Assembly (NCBI GenBank): GCA_050575255.1
Contig: JBNZDD010013679.1
Location: 3,906,403 to 3,970,402 of the forward strand
Length of the DNA stretch: 64,000 nt
From: Harriotta raleighana
Lineage: Eukaryota
Direction of reading: 5' to 3'
A program made the position numbers and the translations under genes. How positions within the stretch are numbered: position 1 is the first letter of the stretch; each line of letters begins with the position of its first letter. Shown in pieces: positions 53,870 to 63,537 of this stretch. Under the pieces are notes generated by a model. The model had not been told where the DNA came from, did not search any database, and worked only from the letters and a program-made list of their open reading frames with translations.

Positions 53870-56800
53870 ATACACACACACACAAACATACTTTACAGTA
53901 TATTCTGTGAAGCGCTTTGAGACATCTAGAAGATGTGAAAAGCGCTATAACAAATGCAAGGATTACTATTATCAGTACAGTAGTAGTAATGTATGGTATT
54001 TGAGAGGCTAAAGATGAAATATCCCTTTTCTGAACTGCAAGCAAATATTGTATCCTCACTATTAGATTCTGTTATAGCTCAACTAAACAGAACTAAATGT
54101 GATAGGCAAGATACTAATTTTGGCTGACATCCAGCACTAATTTCCTGTGGCTCAACAAGGACCAGTTAGATTACAAACTTTTTCAGACAACAAAACGTTT
54201 GGAGTAAAAATATGCTTAAAAGTAAGTTTTCCATGCAATGAGTTACCTCTTTGGAGTAGTTTCCACTCCATATTAATATTCGAATCTATTAAATTATTGC
54301 ATGTCAAGAAAATAATAAGACATACAAAAAGTATTGTACAAAAGAAATAAGATGGATTTTACCTCAAACACGGAAACCGCATTTGGATGAACAAGGGAAT
54401 GTTTAGACTGGATCACGGTTCTTCTAACATGACCATTGAGGTCCACACTTGACAAGGTGTGGAGTTTCGAATCAACCCAATAGAGACGGCTTTTCACAAG
54501 ATCTGAGGACAAAGTAGAAGTTACCAGCCAGGATTTAGCAACCTAGAAGGCTAGAAAGTTGTATTTTACCCTACTTACCTAATGCAATGCCATTTGGACA
54601 CTGAATCTCTTTGGTAACTAGAAGCTGGCGATCAACACCATTCATGCCCGATTTTTCAATCTTTGCTGGTTCACCGCAGTCTGACCAGTAAATGAACCTT
54701 TAAAGTCAAGAAGTGTAAAAGTAATCTTGAATTGGAAGAATCTAGGTGAATAGAATGCATTAACATTGCACAATATTAGAAAGCAGCTTGAAGTATTACA
54801 TGTAACACAATGAATTAGGAAAAAAGACTTTAGAAACAAGACTGCCAAATTCTAATTCTCCAATATTAAAAAAAATTTAGTATCCATTGTAATACGTTAT
54901 TAGTTCCAAAGAATAATTTAAGAGGATGGAAGAATCCTCTTTCCTCCAGCCTTGGAACTTAACACCACCCATTATAGTCTTTGAATTGCGGAGCAAGATG
55001 TACCACACTGCAAGAGAAAGCCCTCCCTTACTAAGTTACAGGAAGGTAAAGTACCCTGAAAGAGGATCAACTGCCACAGAAGCTGGTTCCGTTAGGTCAG
55101 TGTCAAAAAGAACGGTCATCTTGGTTCCATCAAAGGTAGCCACGGATATTGTTTTAGCGTCACGATCAATCCAGTAGATGTGCTTGTAGATCCAGTCCAC
55201 GGCAATTCCCACAGGCATTTGGGCATCAATTATTTTGGAAACACCTTCCCATTTAGCCATGGACAATCTGTACAACAGACGACAATGGTTTAATTCCGAT
55301 TTGATGGGTATATTCAGAGTAAGTGAATCAAATGCACAACTTCATTCAAGCCAAACTTGTTATACATGGGTGATGGGCCTGGGACTTCAAATTCAAGGTA
55401 TTTCTTGAAATAATTATTTTGCCATTAAGTGGTTGAAGCAATCATGGGGAATAAAGGAAGGACTTATCCTTTGTGTAGTTACAAAGTTTGACTGAAGACA
55501 TTAGGACTAATTCCACATTAAGTGTATTGTTGAGCTAGAACAGATTCATACCTGAAAATTGCATGCTCTCCCATGTCAGCCCAAAAGATCATTTGGTCCT
55601 CAACATCAGCATCCAGTGCCACCACATTTCTCATATGTACAGCGACCTGAGTGTACTCTTTGTGATGCAGGCCTAATTTCCTGATGTCATGACGATTAGT
55701 GAAGATCAAGGTGGGCTCTTTCCCTATAAAGGATCAATTTACATACAGAATATAAACTACAAGCTCGTTTCAATGTTTATTCAGGCTCTAGGTGTGAATG
55801 GCAAAGATTAACCTTAGTCAAGAATCTCAAATCTAATGTTTTGTTTTCATACAATGCATCCAATACAAAACAAATCACAGAAGTATTAAATATAATTTGC
55901 AGATTAAGAGATGTGATCCTTATTCCAATACAATTTACACTTAGCACCCTTCACATCAGAAAGATGTCTCCAAACACTTTACTCAGCCAACTGTGGGCAC
56001 CCGAGCTAGATTGGAGGGAGAAGGAGGGTCAGTCTTAATAGTGAAGCAATATTCACTGGTAAGTGAAGAGGTTAAGTGTTGCTTCCAAAATGTACTTACC
56101 TACTGCCTTGCACGTTTCATTAGCTGAATCCATATGAAATCCTGCTTGGCATTCACATTTATAACTTCCTTTTGAGTTGATGCAAATTTGACTGCAGGTT
56201 CCAGGGTTGAGACATTCATTGATATCTGCATTAATCAATAAAAACACCTTCAGCATTATAAAATAAGCCAATTCTAATCTCAACAAGATCAATTCCACTT
56301 ACCGTCACAGTTTCTTTCATCAACCAACTCAAAACCAATAGGGCAATCGCACTCATAACCAATGAGCAGATTGATGCAGATGTGGGAGCAGCCACCATTG
56401 CTCACCAAACATTCGTTCACATCTGCAAAAGTAAAATTGTGTACTTTGTTGTATTGCTGTACTGGCCTCTGTTCTTGAATATTTTCAAATGAAGGCTTTT
56501 AAGGACCAACTCCACTTACTACATGTTTTGAGGTGTTCATCACTCCAGTCCCTGCAGTCCTGGAGACGGTTACATACTAACTTAAAGTCGATACATTCTC
56601 CACTCCCACACTCAAACAGTGTTGGACCTGCACACTCTATCACTGCAGAAAGAACAAGCCAATTAAGAACTTCGAAATAAAGAGTTCATAAGACAAGGTG
56701 AACATGTGGATTTATATACTTGCCATTTTCACAACTAACTTCATCACTGCCATCAACACAATCCTGAAATCTGTTGCATTTCTTGTTTTGAGAGATACAG

Positions 56801-59800
56801 CTGCCATCACCACATCTGAAGTGATCTGGGCGACACGTTTTTGGAGCTGAAATCCAGAGAAAGGATTTGAAATTATTAGGAGTTTAATAATAATAATCCT
56901 TGCATTTATTATAGCGCTTTTCATGTCTTCTAGATGTCTCAAATCACTTCACAGAATATGAAGTGAATACTGTATATATAAGTGTAAAGTGAATTGACTG
57001 TATATTTGTGGTTGAAACACAGCAGCCAATTGCATACAGCAGTGTCCCACACAAACAGTCATGGATTGAAATGACTAATTTATTTATTCTCTGAAGGGTT
57101 TAGATTTAGTAAATGGTACAGACCGCCAAAGCAGCTATGGTCCATAAATCACAAGGTTCTGAATGGGTGTAGTCATAATTCAGGCAGGACAATGAAGTGG
57201 GGTAAGGAAAGGATTATATTTAGCCTCAGGAATTCGGCATGCAAATTACCATAAAAGGTTTCAATTTAGACACCAAATTACATTGTTGAGCCTGCAAGTG
57301 AAAGTGTAGATTCCCTCGAAAAGGCATAGGAGTAACAAAAACATTAACGATAGTCAATATTGGCCCAATACTATTTAATTTAGATTGCAAATTTCTTACA
57401 CATATTACTGTAATTAGTTTTTAAGTTCCTAAAGTTGGAAAAAGCGTAATAAAAATAGCTTATCACTAAAATATTGCAATTCCTTCGCTTGCTTATCACA
57501 AGCACAGTCCTTCTATTGTGATAATCAATTTACTCAGTACCCTGGCTTGATCAACAAATCCTGAACTGCTTTGTATTCCTGCCAGTGTCCCTGGTACAAC
57601 AGTCACTTCTCTCCTCAAGTGCAATGCCAGTGCATCAGAGCATACAAGGCTTAAATCTGGACTGTGTTGACTGGATCACATTAATACACTGTGGTACCCT
57701 TGTGGTCAAATCTATTCTCTGTGCCAATACTAGCCTGGTGAACAGATGGCCCAGAATTGATTGATGGCTATTTCATATCCTTTCAACAATGTCCCACCAA
57801 TCATGAAGTATTTTCAGAAACTTTGCCCTCACCCTTTGAAACTTTTCCAACAATCTACCACCTCTCTCAACCCCCCCCACTCCCAGCCAGCCCCCCACCC
57901 CCGCTTTCAAAAATCTACCTCAGACTGCACCTTCGGTTACCTCCTATCCCTGCCTTGCTTCGTTCCATCTCAGGTTGTTTGTCAAGCACTTTGAGACTTT
58001 CTCCCCATTTCAGAAGGCATCGTACAAGTGTGAATTGTAGGATTCTTTAATTAATGTGTTAATTAATATCTCAGATTATTTTGGCGATTTGAGACATATG
58101 TAACCAATTGCACCTGATAGGACTTGGTTGTGACTAGCTTGGTAGAGGAGACAAGGGATTATGTATAAACAACAAAGTGTTTTCAGTTTATATCAGCCAT
58201 CTTCTCATGGAGATATGGTCTGCAGCTGGAGAGGGAGCTGTGTTGCATTTGTTTTTGCAGAGGAACCATCTTGCAAAGGACAATGGATGAAAGGTCACCC
58301 AATGAACTGAATAAAGATAGATCGATACAAGGAAGAGAAAGGAGAAATCAAGGAAGAGAGAAAGGAGAAATTGAGGAAGAAAGAGGAGAAATCGGAACTT
58401 GGCAAATCCATTTCTCAGCTTCGGAAGAAGAGAAGATCAAGAATATGAGTGGAGCAACTCTACAAGTGCAGTGGTACTCGGATATCAAACTGGAAACAGC
58501 ACAATAATATTTGGATACTTTCGGATGTCGAACTGGAAATCGTACAACAATATTTGGATACTGTTTGATGGATTTATATTTGGATTAATCTGGACATTAA
58601 ATTGGACCTTGCTCTATCTCTCCGACAACATTTGGTTTGGTCATTGTGAACTATGCGTCGATACGTAAGCATTGTTGTGATGAATGCTTTTAATTACTTA
58701 CAACTACTATTAACCTGAATTAATAAACATTGCATATTGATTGTACAACATTTGTATCAGTCCTTACTTCACCGCAGGGTCACGAACATAAATTCTCTTA
58801 CAAAATGGAGGAAACATTTTGAATCCAAGTATTTCCTTATGCTAAGTACAGGCCAACATCCTAACACTAAGACCAAAACACAAAAAAAGACTGTCTTCCG
58901 AGTCATCACTTTACATACTTGCTATGCATTCTATCTGTTGGAAGCAACGTTTGTGGCGCTTCCTGCACATAGTACTCAAGAAGCATAAACCTACAGGTTG
59001 ACCTTGAGCCAATGCTTGAAACACGGCTTCTGGTAAAGCACGATTCCACAGTACACATGCCTATAGGAGAGAGCCACTTACGACAATCAACTTCATCACT
59101 TCCATCTTTGCAGTCAGTGTCGCCATCACAGTACCATTGCTGATGGAGGCATTCTCCTGAACCACACTGGACCTCACTCAGAGAACAGGTGACATGAGGG
59201 GGAAGCAGATGCCCACAGAAGGCTGGAGATTCGTCAGACTCATCTGTACAATCAGCACTGTCATCACACACCCAGTTGAGTGGGATACACTCAGAATTAC
59301 TGCACTGAAATTCGTGAAGGCCACAGACGACCGGAGCGCAGTTGTGTTCATCACTTCCATCACCACAGTCATCCTCCCCATTGCAGACAAAGGTCTTGGA
59401 AATACATTGACCACTAGAGCATGTGAACTCCAGCGGACTGCAAGTAAATGGGGCTGAAAGTGAACAAAAAAAAACCCAATTTTAGTCAGAACCACTAGCA
59501 AGCCATTCCAATAGCTCTAATTTAAGAAGCAAAATTACTTTTGCAAACTTTCTAACAATCTGAAAAGATTCAAGTTTGAAGTGACATTGATGAATTTTGC
59601 ATAGCTAGACTGTAGAGGCACTGTTGATGTCAAGTAACTAGATCGGTCATCTTAATTCCCGATTGCCAATGGGTTCTCCTTGATCAGAGTTATTACAGCA
59701 AGATTCAAGATATAGCTCTTACATCATCTGACAGCATTGCATGTCAGGAGGAAATCTGAGCTTCACAGAATTTACTTTGATGTAATTGACTATTTTGTAA

Positions 59801-62800
59801 GTGAACACAGGCAGCAGCCAATTTCATACCACACTGTCCCAGAAACAATTTTGAAGTGAGCAACCGATTTAATTAACCAGTTGTTAATCAAGAGGTGGAT
59901 CACTCTTCCAGGGCATTATAATCCCTTAAAAAAAACTTAATACAGTAGTATGGTCCTTCAATCCAAAACTATTTGTGAGACACTGCGATAAGCAATTGGC
60001 TGCCATATTTTGCCTACAAAATATAGTCAATTTACATTACAGTATATGCTATGAAACACTTTGAGAAGTCTCAAAGATGTAATGACACTATATGAAATGT
60101 AAGGATTATTGTTATAGTTGGCCAGGACACAAACTTTTTCAAAGAGTCATATGATCTTTACTATAAGTAGAAGGGACTTTAGCATCTCATCTAATGGATA
60201 GCACTTCAGATAACACAGCACTCCCCCATGATTGCACTGGAGTGTCAAGCTAGACTATGTGTGAGCCAAACTACACCCATATAATTAGACCATAGAGGTA
60301 CTGAGCAAGGCTAATAGTTTAATATCCTAAAGTGCTTTTACAGAGCACAACCTCAGGGTGCCAAAAATTAGTGCTGATCCACTTAGAACAATTTAAATAA
60401 ACTTAATTGACTATTCTGAACATAAGCATTTAAGAATATTAAAGAAACTGAAACATTTTTTTTTTAAATCAAAAGGTATCTCATCCGCTTACCGCAGTTC
60501 TCCTCGTCACTGCCATCATCACAGTCTTTTCCTCCATCACATTTCCAGGAGCCAGGGATACAAGAGAGAGATCCAGGGCCACAGGCAATTTCATTGATAT
60601 TGCATGAACTAGTGTCTGAAAAAACGGATTGTACAAAGGTTAACTGCAAAGATCACGTGTCCTAAAGCACAGCGGCATGGCTACACAGCTCAAGTCAGTA
60701 CTGGAAAGAGTACATAATTAGAGCATTAATTTACCAGCAGGGTTTATAATATTTGTAAACCTTTCTTAAAAGTCAAGATTAAGCTATTTTGTCAATGTTC
60801 TGTTGGCAATTTTTTGTCCTGCCTTATATTGGGCAGATTAGAATACAGAAACTGTTACACTCCAATGAATATTTAATACTATTTCTGTTCAAGCATTGGA
60901 TATACCTTTCTAAGGCATAGCCCCGAGGGGGAAGAAATACATTGAAAGAATTTTAACAGATACCAGTAATTCTGGTTTTCACTAGTTCCATCATTCTGAG
61001 AGAAGTGTACCCAAGCTGTTCAAACAAAGTATACTTGCCTTGTTCAAGGGACAATGCATTACATCTCTACTAACCACGAGTTGAAAGCACCATTCATTCG
61101 AAGCTCTTTGAGCAAATTTAATGTATAAATTGACCAGGGGACATTTCCCACTCTTAACTACTGCTTTTTACAAGATACTCAGCAAGGAATAGTCCTTACA
61201 TGTGCCTAAGACAGCAATTGCTGTTGCAGTCACTGAAAAAACTTCCCAGGAGCAAGTTATCGATTCTAGATTGTGCAGGCCCTGAGGAGCACTAGTACTG
61301 TATTACCCAATGCATTATAGGCTCTGAATGCTTGAGCATTTCCAGAGAACAAATAAGTCACAACCTTGTTCCTATGGAGATACTTACGACAGAGNGACAC
61401 AAACTTTTTCAAAGAGTCATATGATCTTTACTATAAGTAGAAGGGACTTTAGCATCTCATCTAATGGATAGCACTTCAGATAACACAGCACTCCCCCATG
61501 ATTGCACTGGAGTGTCAAGCTAGACTATGTGTGAGCCAAACTACACCCATATAATTAGACCATAGAGGTACTGAGCAAGGCTAATAGTTTAATATCCTAA
61601 AGTGCTTTTACAGAGCACAACCTCAGGGTGCCAAAAATTAGTGCTGATCCACTTAGAACAATTTAAATAAACTTAATTGACTATTCTGAACATAAGCATT
61701 TAAGAATATTAAAGAAACTGAAACATTTTTTTTTTAAATCAAAAGGTATCTCATCCGCTTACCGCAGTTCTCCTCGTCACTGCCATCATCACAGTCTTTT
61801 CCTCCATCACATTTCCAGGAGCCAGGGATACAAGAGAGAGATCCAGGGCCACAGGCAATTTCATTGATATTGCATGAACTAGTGTCTGAAAAAACGGATT
61901 GTACAAAGGTTAACTGCAAAGATCACGTGTCCTAAAGCACAGCGGCATGGCTACACAGCTCAAGTCAGTACTGGAAAGAGTACATAATTAGAGCATTAAT
62001 TTACCAGCAGGGTTTATAATATTTGTAAACCTTTCTTAAAAGTCAAGATTAAGCTATTTTGTCAATGTTCTGTTGGCAATTTTTTGTCCTGCCTTATATT
62101 GGGCAGATTAGAATACAGAAACTGTTACACTCCAATGAATATTTAATACTATTTCTGTTCAAGCATTGGATATACCTTTCTAAGGCATAGCCCCGAGGGG
62201 GAAGAAATACATTGAAAGAATTTTAACAGATACCAGTAATTCTGGTTTTCACTAGTTCCATCATTCTGAGAGAAGTGTACCCAAGCTGTTCAAACAAAGT
62301 ATACTTGCCTTGTTCAAGGGACAATGCATTACATCTCTACTAACCACGAGTTGAAAGCACCATTCATTCGAAGCTCTTTGAGCAAATTTAATGTATAAAT
62401 TGACCGGGGGACATTTCCCACTCTTAACTACTGCTTTTTACAAGATACTCAGCAAGGAATAGTCCTTACATGTTCCTAAGACAGTAATTGCTGTTGTAGT
62501 CACTGAAAAAACTTCCCAGGAGCAAGTTGTCGATTCTAGATTGTGCAGGCCCTGAGGAGCACTAGTACTGTATTACCCAATGCATTATAGGCTCTGAATG
62601 CTTGAGCATTTCCAGAGAACAAATAAGTCACAACCTTGTTCCTATGGAGATACTTACGACAGAGTTCTGGATTTTCATCAGAGCCATCCTCGCAATCAGG
62701 TTTCCCATCACATCGCCACTTCCCAAGTACACATTGTCCATTGTGGCACCTGAAGTCAGTTGCTGGGCAAGTAGCCTTGGCTAGTGAAGAAGTCGTACAG

Positions 62801-63319
62801 TTACCTTACTAGTAACACTTTACAACTAGGAACTGGAAGTTGATGGTGCCTATTCAATTGGTTTTGTTCATGAAGCATGGCATCAAATAGAATATTAACA
62901 AGACTGATTAGGAATTAAACCTAGACAATAGTTTCTCATTAAATTTTTAGTTGTAATTTGACACCAGCTATAATACTTGTAAATGTTCATTCTTAAATTT
63001 TACCCCCAGATGATACTAGCTCATCTGCTTTTCAAATGCAATGATAGCCGTGACCAGTTTTGGTAATATTGTACTGTAAGTAAATCTGGATATACTCAGT
63101 CAATTAACCATGCAGCTTTTGGAAAGAGTGCAGGATGTGGGCGAAGTGGAAAAAAAACCTGAAACTATTTACCAGTTCCACATGGTTCCCCTTTATCTGG
63201 GTTTTTTCCTGATGGACAGACACAAGTGTATTTTGGGGAATGTATGTTGATTTGAGGAGCAGGGAGGCACAGGAATTCACAGCCTCCATTCTGCAAGCTT
63301 TCATTGCACCAGTTTCTGC
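22571..63319 (-). CDS. VLDLR: Gene A: giant multi-module VLDLR-derived lipoprotein receptor (5'-partial; 21 LA repeats, 3 complete YWTD propellers plus the EGF-C of a fourth module, O-linked region, TM, NPVF tail)
   Basis: 43 exons with AG/GT(GC) borders join in one open frame (6608 nt = 2 + 2202 codons including TAA). Exon sizes 123/123/372/123/123/120/126/172/~219/119/140/142/147 repeat the VLDLR exon 3-15 series three times. The symbol denotes a paralog, not the canonical gene. One N gap lies inside an intron. Confidence 0.88.
23860..23931 (-). CDS. Gene A juxtamembrane / first half of TM exon
   Basis: [24 protein letters not shown]; 72 nt, phase 1-1, GTAAGT donor. Confidence 0.85.
24446..24568 (-). 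CDS. Gene A Ser/Thr-rich O-linked sugar exon
   Basis: [41 protein letters not shown]; AG|GTAATA phase-1 donor (donor choice inferred). Confidence 0.7.
25576..25719 (-). CDS. Gene A module 3 EGF-C
   Basis: [48 protein letters not shown]; 144 nt. Confidence 0.92.
25835..25976 (-). CDS. Gene A module 3 propeller exon e
   Basis: [47 protein letters not shown]; 142 nt. Confidence 0.92.
26471..26610 (-). CDS. Gene A module 3 propeller exon d
   Basis: [47 protein letters not shown]; 140 nt. Confidence 0.93.
26716..26834 (-). CDS. Gene A module 3 propeller exon c
   Basis: [39 protein letters not shown]; 119 nt. Confidence 0.93.
27795..28016 (-). CDS. Gene A module 3 propeller exon b
   Basis: ...[31 protein letters not shown]...[12 protein letters not shown]; 222 nt. 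Confidence 0.93.
28170..29790 (+). mobile_element. L2-type LINE, 5'-truncated and decayed
   Basis: [29 protein letters not shown] and [23 protein letters not shown] motifs; 3' tail with GTT repeats. Confidence 0.88.
30405..30576 (-). CDS. Gene A module 3 propeller exon a
   Basis: [57 protein letters not shown]; 172 nt. Confidence 0.93.
31504..31816 (+). mobile_element. tRNA-headed SINE, full length
   Basis: A box TGGCTCAGCGG, B box GTTCGAATCC, conserved core, (ATT)n tail; plus-strand siblings at about 32260-32580 and 53635-53970. Confidence 0.88.
31838..31963 (-). CDS. Gene A module 3 EGF-B
   Basis: [42 protein letters not shown]; 126 nt. Confidence 0.92.
32051..32170 (-). CDS. Gene A module 3 EGF-A (GC donor)
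   Basis: [39 protein letters not shown]; 120 nt; AG|GCAAGT. Confidence 0.9.
32851..32973 (-). CDS. Gene A module 3 LA8
   Basis: [40 protein letters not shown]; CAGCAG acceptor (alternative start 32976). Confidence 0.92.
33057..33176 (-). CDS. Gene A module 3 LA7' (duplicated LA7 exon)
   Basis: [39 protein letters not shown]; 120 nt. Confidence 0.9.
33268..33390 (-). CDS. Gene A module 3 LA7
   Basis: [40 protein letters not shown]; 123 nt. Confidence 0.92.
34627..34998 (-). CDS. Gene A module 3 LA4-LA6
   Basis: [24 protein letters not shown]...[18 protein letters not shown]; 372 nt. Confidence 0.95.
36487..36609 (-). CDS. Gene A module 3 LA3
   Basis: [40 protein letters not shown]; 123 nt. 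Confidence 0.93.
37405..38196 (+). mobile_element. Probable solo LTR inserted in an L2 fragment
   Basis: TGTAAG...CTTACA termini, internal AATAAA near 38113; L2 sequence (36977-37404) resumes at 38197; no clear TSD. Confidence 0.55.
38995..39117 (-). CDS. Gene A module 3 LA2
   Basis: [41 protein letters not shown]; 123 nt. Confidence 0.93.
39350..40067. other. Assembly gap
   Basis: Run of N. Confidence 1.
40802..40951 (-). CDS. Gene A module 2 EGF-C
   Basis: [50 protein letters not shown]; 150 nt. Confidence 0.93.
42412..42553 (-). CDS. Gene A module 2 propeller exon e
   Basis: [47 protein letters not shown]; 142 nt. Confidence 0.92.
42974..43113 (-). CDS. Gene A module 2 propeller exon d
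   Basis: [47 protein letters not shown]; 140 nt. Confidence 0.93.
43183..43548. mobile_element. Tigger/pogo-like MITE, same family as 3227-3618, opposite orientation
   Basis: TA|CAGTAAAACCCCGTTTATCC ... GGATAAAAGGGGTTTTACGG|TA. Confidence 0.85.
43561..43682 (-). CDS. Gene A module 2 propeller exon c
   Basis: [40 protein letters not shown]; 122 nt. Confidence 0.92.
44139..44360 (-). CDS. Gene A module 2 propeller exon b
   Basis: ...[30 protein letters not shown]...[12 protein letters not shown]; 222 nt. Confidence 0.92.
44808..44979 (-). CDS. Gene A module 2 propeller exon a (GC donor)
   Basis: [57 protein letters not shown]; 172 nt; CAG|GCAAGT. Confidence 0.91.
45638..46420 (-). mobile_element. 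L2-type LINE 3' fragment inserted into a SINE
   Basis: [21 protein letters not shown] motif; SINE core breaks at ccaattgcacac (45637) and resumes at about 46420 (cccacaaac...ggattgaaatgacc). Confidence 0.8.
48696..48821 (-). CDS. Gene A module 2 EGF-B
   Basis: [42 protein letters not shown]; 126 nt. Confidence 0.93.
48999..49118 (-). CDS. Gene A module 2 EGF-A
   Basis: [39 protein letters not shown]; 120 nt. Confidence 0.93.
49685..49804 (-). CDS. Gene A module 2 LA8
   Basis: [39 protein letters not shown]; 120 nt. Confidence 0.92.
49948..50070 (-). CDS. Gene A module 2 LA7
   Basis: [40 protein letters not shown]; 123 nt. Confidence 0.93.
50554..50922 (-). CDS. Gene A module 2 LA4-LA6
   Basis: [24 protein letters not shown]...[18 protein letters not shown]; 369 nt. 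Confidence 0.95.
51443..51565 (-). CDS. Gene A module 2 LA3 (first LA of this module)
   Basis: [41 protein letters not shown]; 123 nt. Confidence 0.93.
52176..52322 (-). CDS. Gene A module 1 EGF-C
   Basis: [49 protein letters not shown]; 147 nt. Confidence 0.93.
53177..53318 (-). CDS. Gene A module 1 propeller exon e
   Basis: [47 protein letters not shown]; 142 nt. Confidence 0.93.
54363..54502 (-). CDS. Gene A module 1 propeller exon d
   Basis: [47 protein letters not shown]; 140 nt. Confidence 0.93.
54579..54697 (-). CDS. Gene A module 1 propeller exon c
   Basis: [39 protein letters not shown]; 119 nt. Confidence 0.93.
55055..55267 (-). CDS. Gene A module 1 propeller exon b
   Basis: [47 protein letters not shown]...VAVDPLSG; 213 nt. 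Confidence 0.92.
55552..55723 (-). CDS. Gene A module 1 propeller exon a
   Basis: [57 protein letters not shown]; 172 nt. Confidence 0.93.
56100..56225 (-). CDS. Gene A module 1 EGF-B
   Basis: [42 protein letters not shown]; 126 nt. Confidence 0.93.
   Translation of the reverse strand: MSMNVSTLEPAVKFASTQKEVINVNAKQDFIWIQLMKRARQ
56303..56422 (-). CDS. Gene A module 1 EGF-A
   Basis: [39 protein letters not shown]; 120 nt. Confidence 0.93.
56520..56642 (-). CDS. Gene A module 1 LA8
   Basis: [41 protein letters not shown]; 123 nt. Confidence 0.93.
56724..56846 (-). CDS. Gene A module 1 LA7 (GC donor)
   Basis: [40 protein letters not shown]; 123 nt; ATG|GCAAGT. Confidence 0.9.
58036..58802 (+). 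mobile_element. Probable solo LTR
   Basis: TGTAGGA...TCTTACA termini, AATAAA about 75 bp before the end, flanks gaat/aaat. Confidence 0.55.
59082..59453 (-). CDS. Gene A module 1 LA4-LA6
   Basis: [23 protein letters not shown]...[18 protein letters not shown]; 372 nt. Confidence 0.95.
60493..60615 (-). CDS. Gene A module 1 LA3 (identical second copy at 61763-61885 is a probable assembly duplicate)
   Basis: [40 protein letters not shown]; 123 nt. Confidence 0.9.
62658..62780 (-). CDS. Gene A module 1 LA2
   Basis: [41 protein letters not shown]; 123 nt. Confidence 0.93.
63173..63319 (-). CDS. Gene A EGF-C of an upstream module (module 0)
   Basis: [49 protein letters not shown]; 147 nt. Confidence 0.93.
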
Positions 63320-63537
63320 CTGTAAACAAGAGGTTTTTAAAAAAACAATAACTGCCACTGAATTGAAGGTTAATAATAACTAGAACATGTGTAAGAAGGA
63401 AGGAAGATAAATCTAAAGAATGACTTTAGGAACATAAAAACAGTGTCCAATAGACATAGACATAATTGATAGTGTCCTTAGAGCCCCAAATTGTCATATT
63501 CAGTACAGAAAGCCAGCTAGTTTTTACTAGAAACACT

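Noticed and set aside
60126-62664. 1.27-kb tandem duplication giving a second identical LA3 exon (61763-61885)
   Set aside because: The copies are joined by a single N (61395), differ by only a few SNPs, and the first copy ends mid-LA2 exon. This looks like an unmerged contig or haplotype overlap, so it was not counted as an extra repeat.
22571-63319. Identification as LRP1, LRP2/megalin, LRP13, or a series of separate genes or pseudogenes
   Set aside because: Exon sizes and motifs match VLDLR module by module. No internal TM or signal exons, stops or frameshifts were found. A formal phylogeny is still needed.
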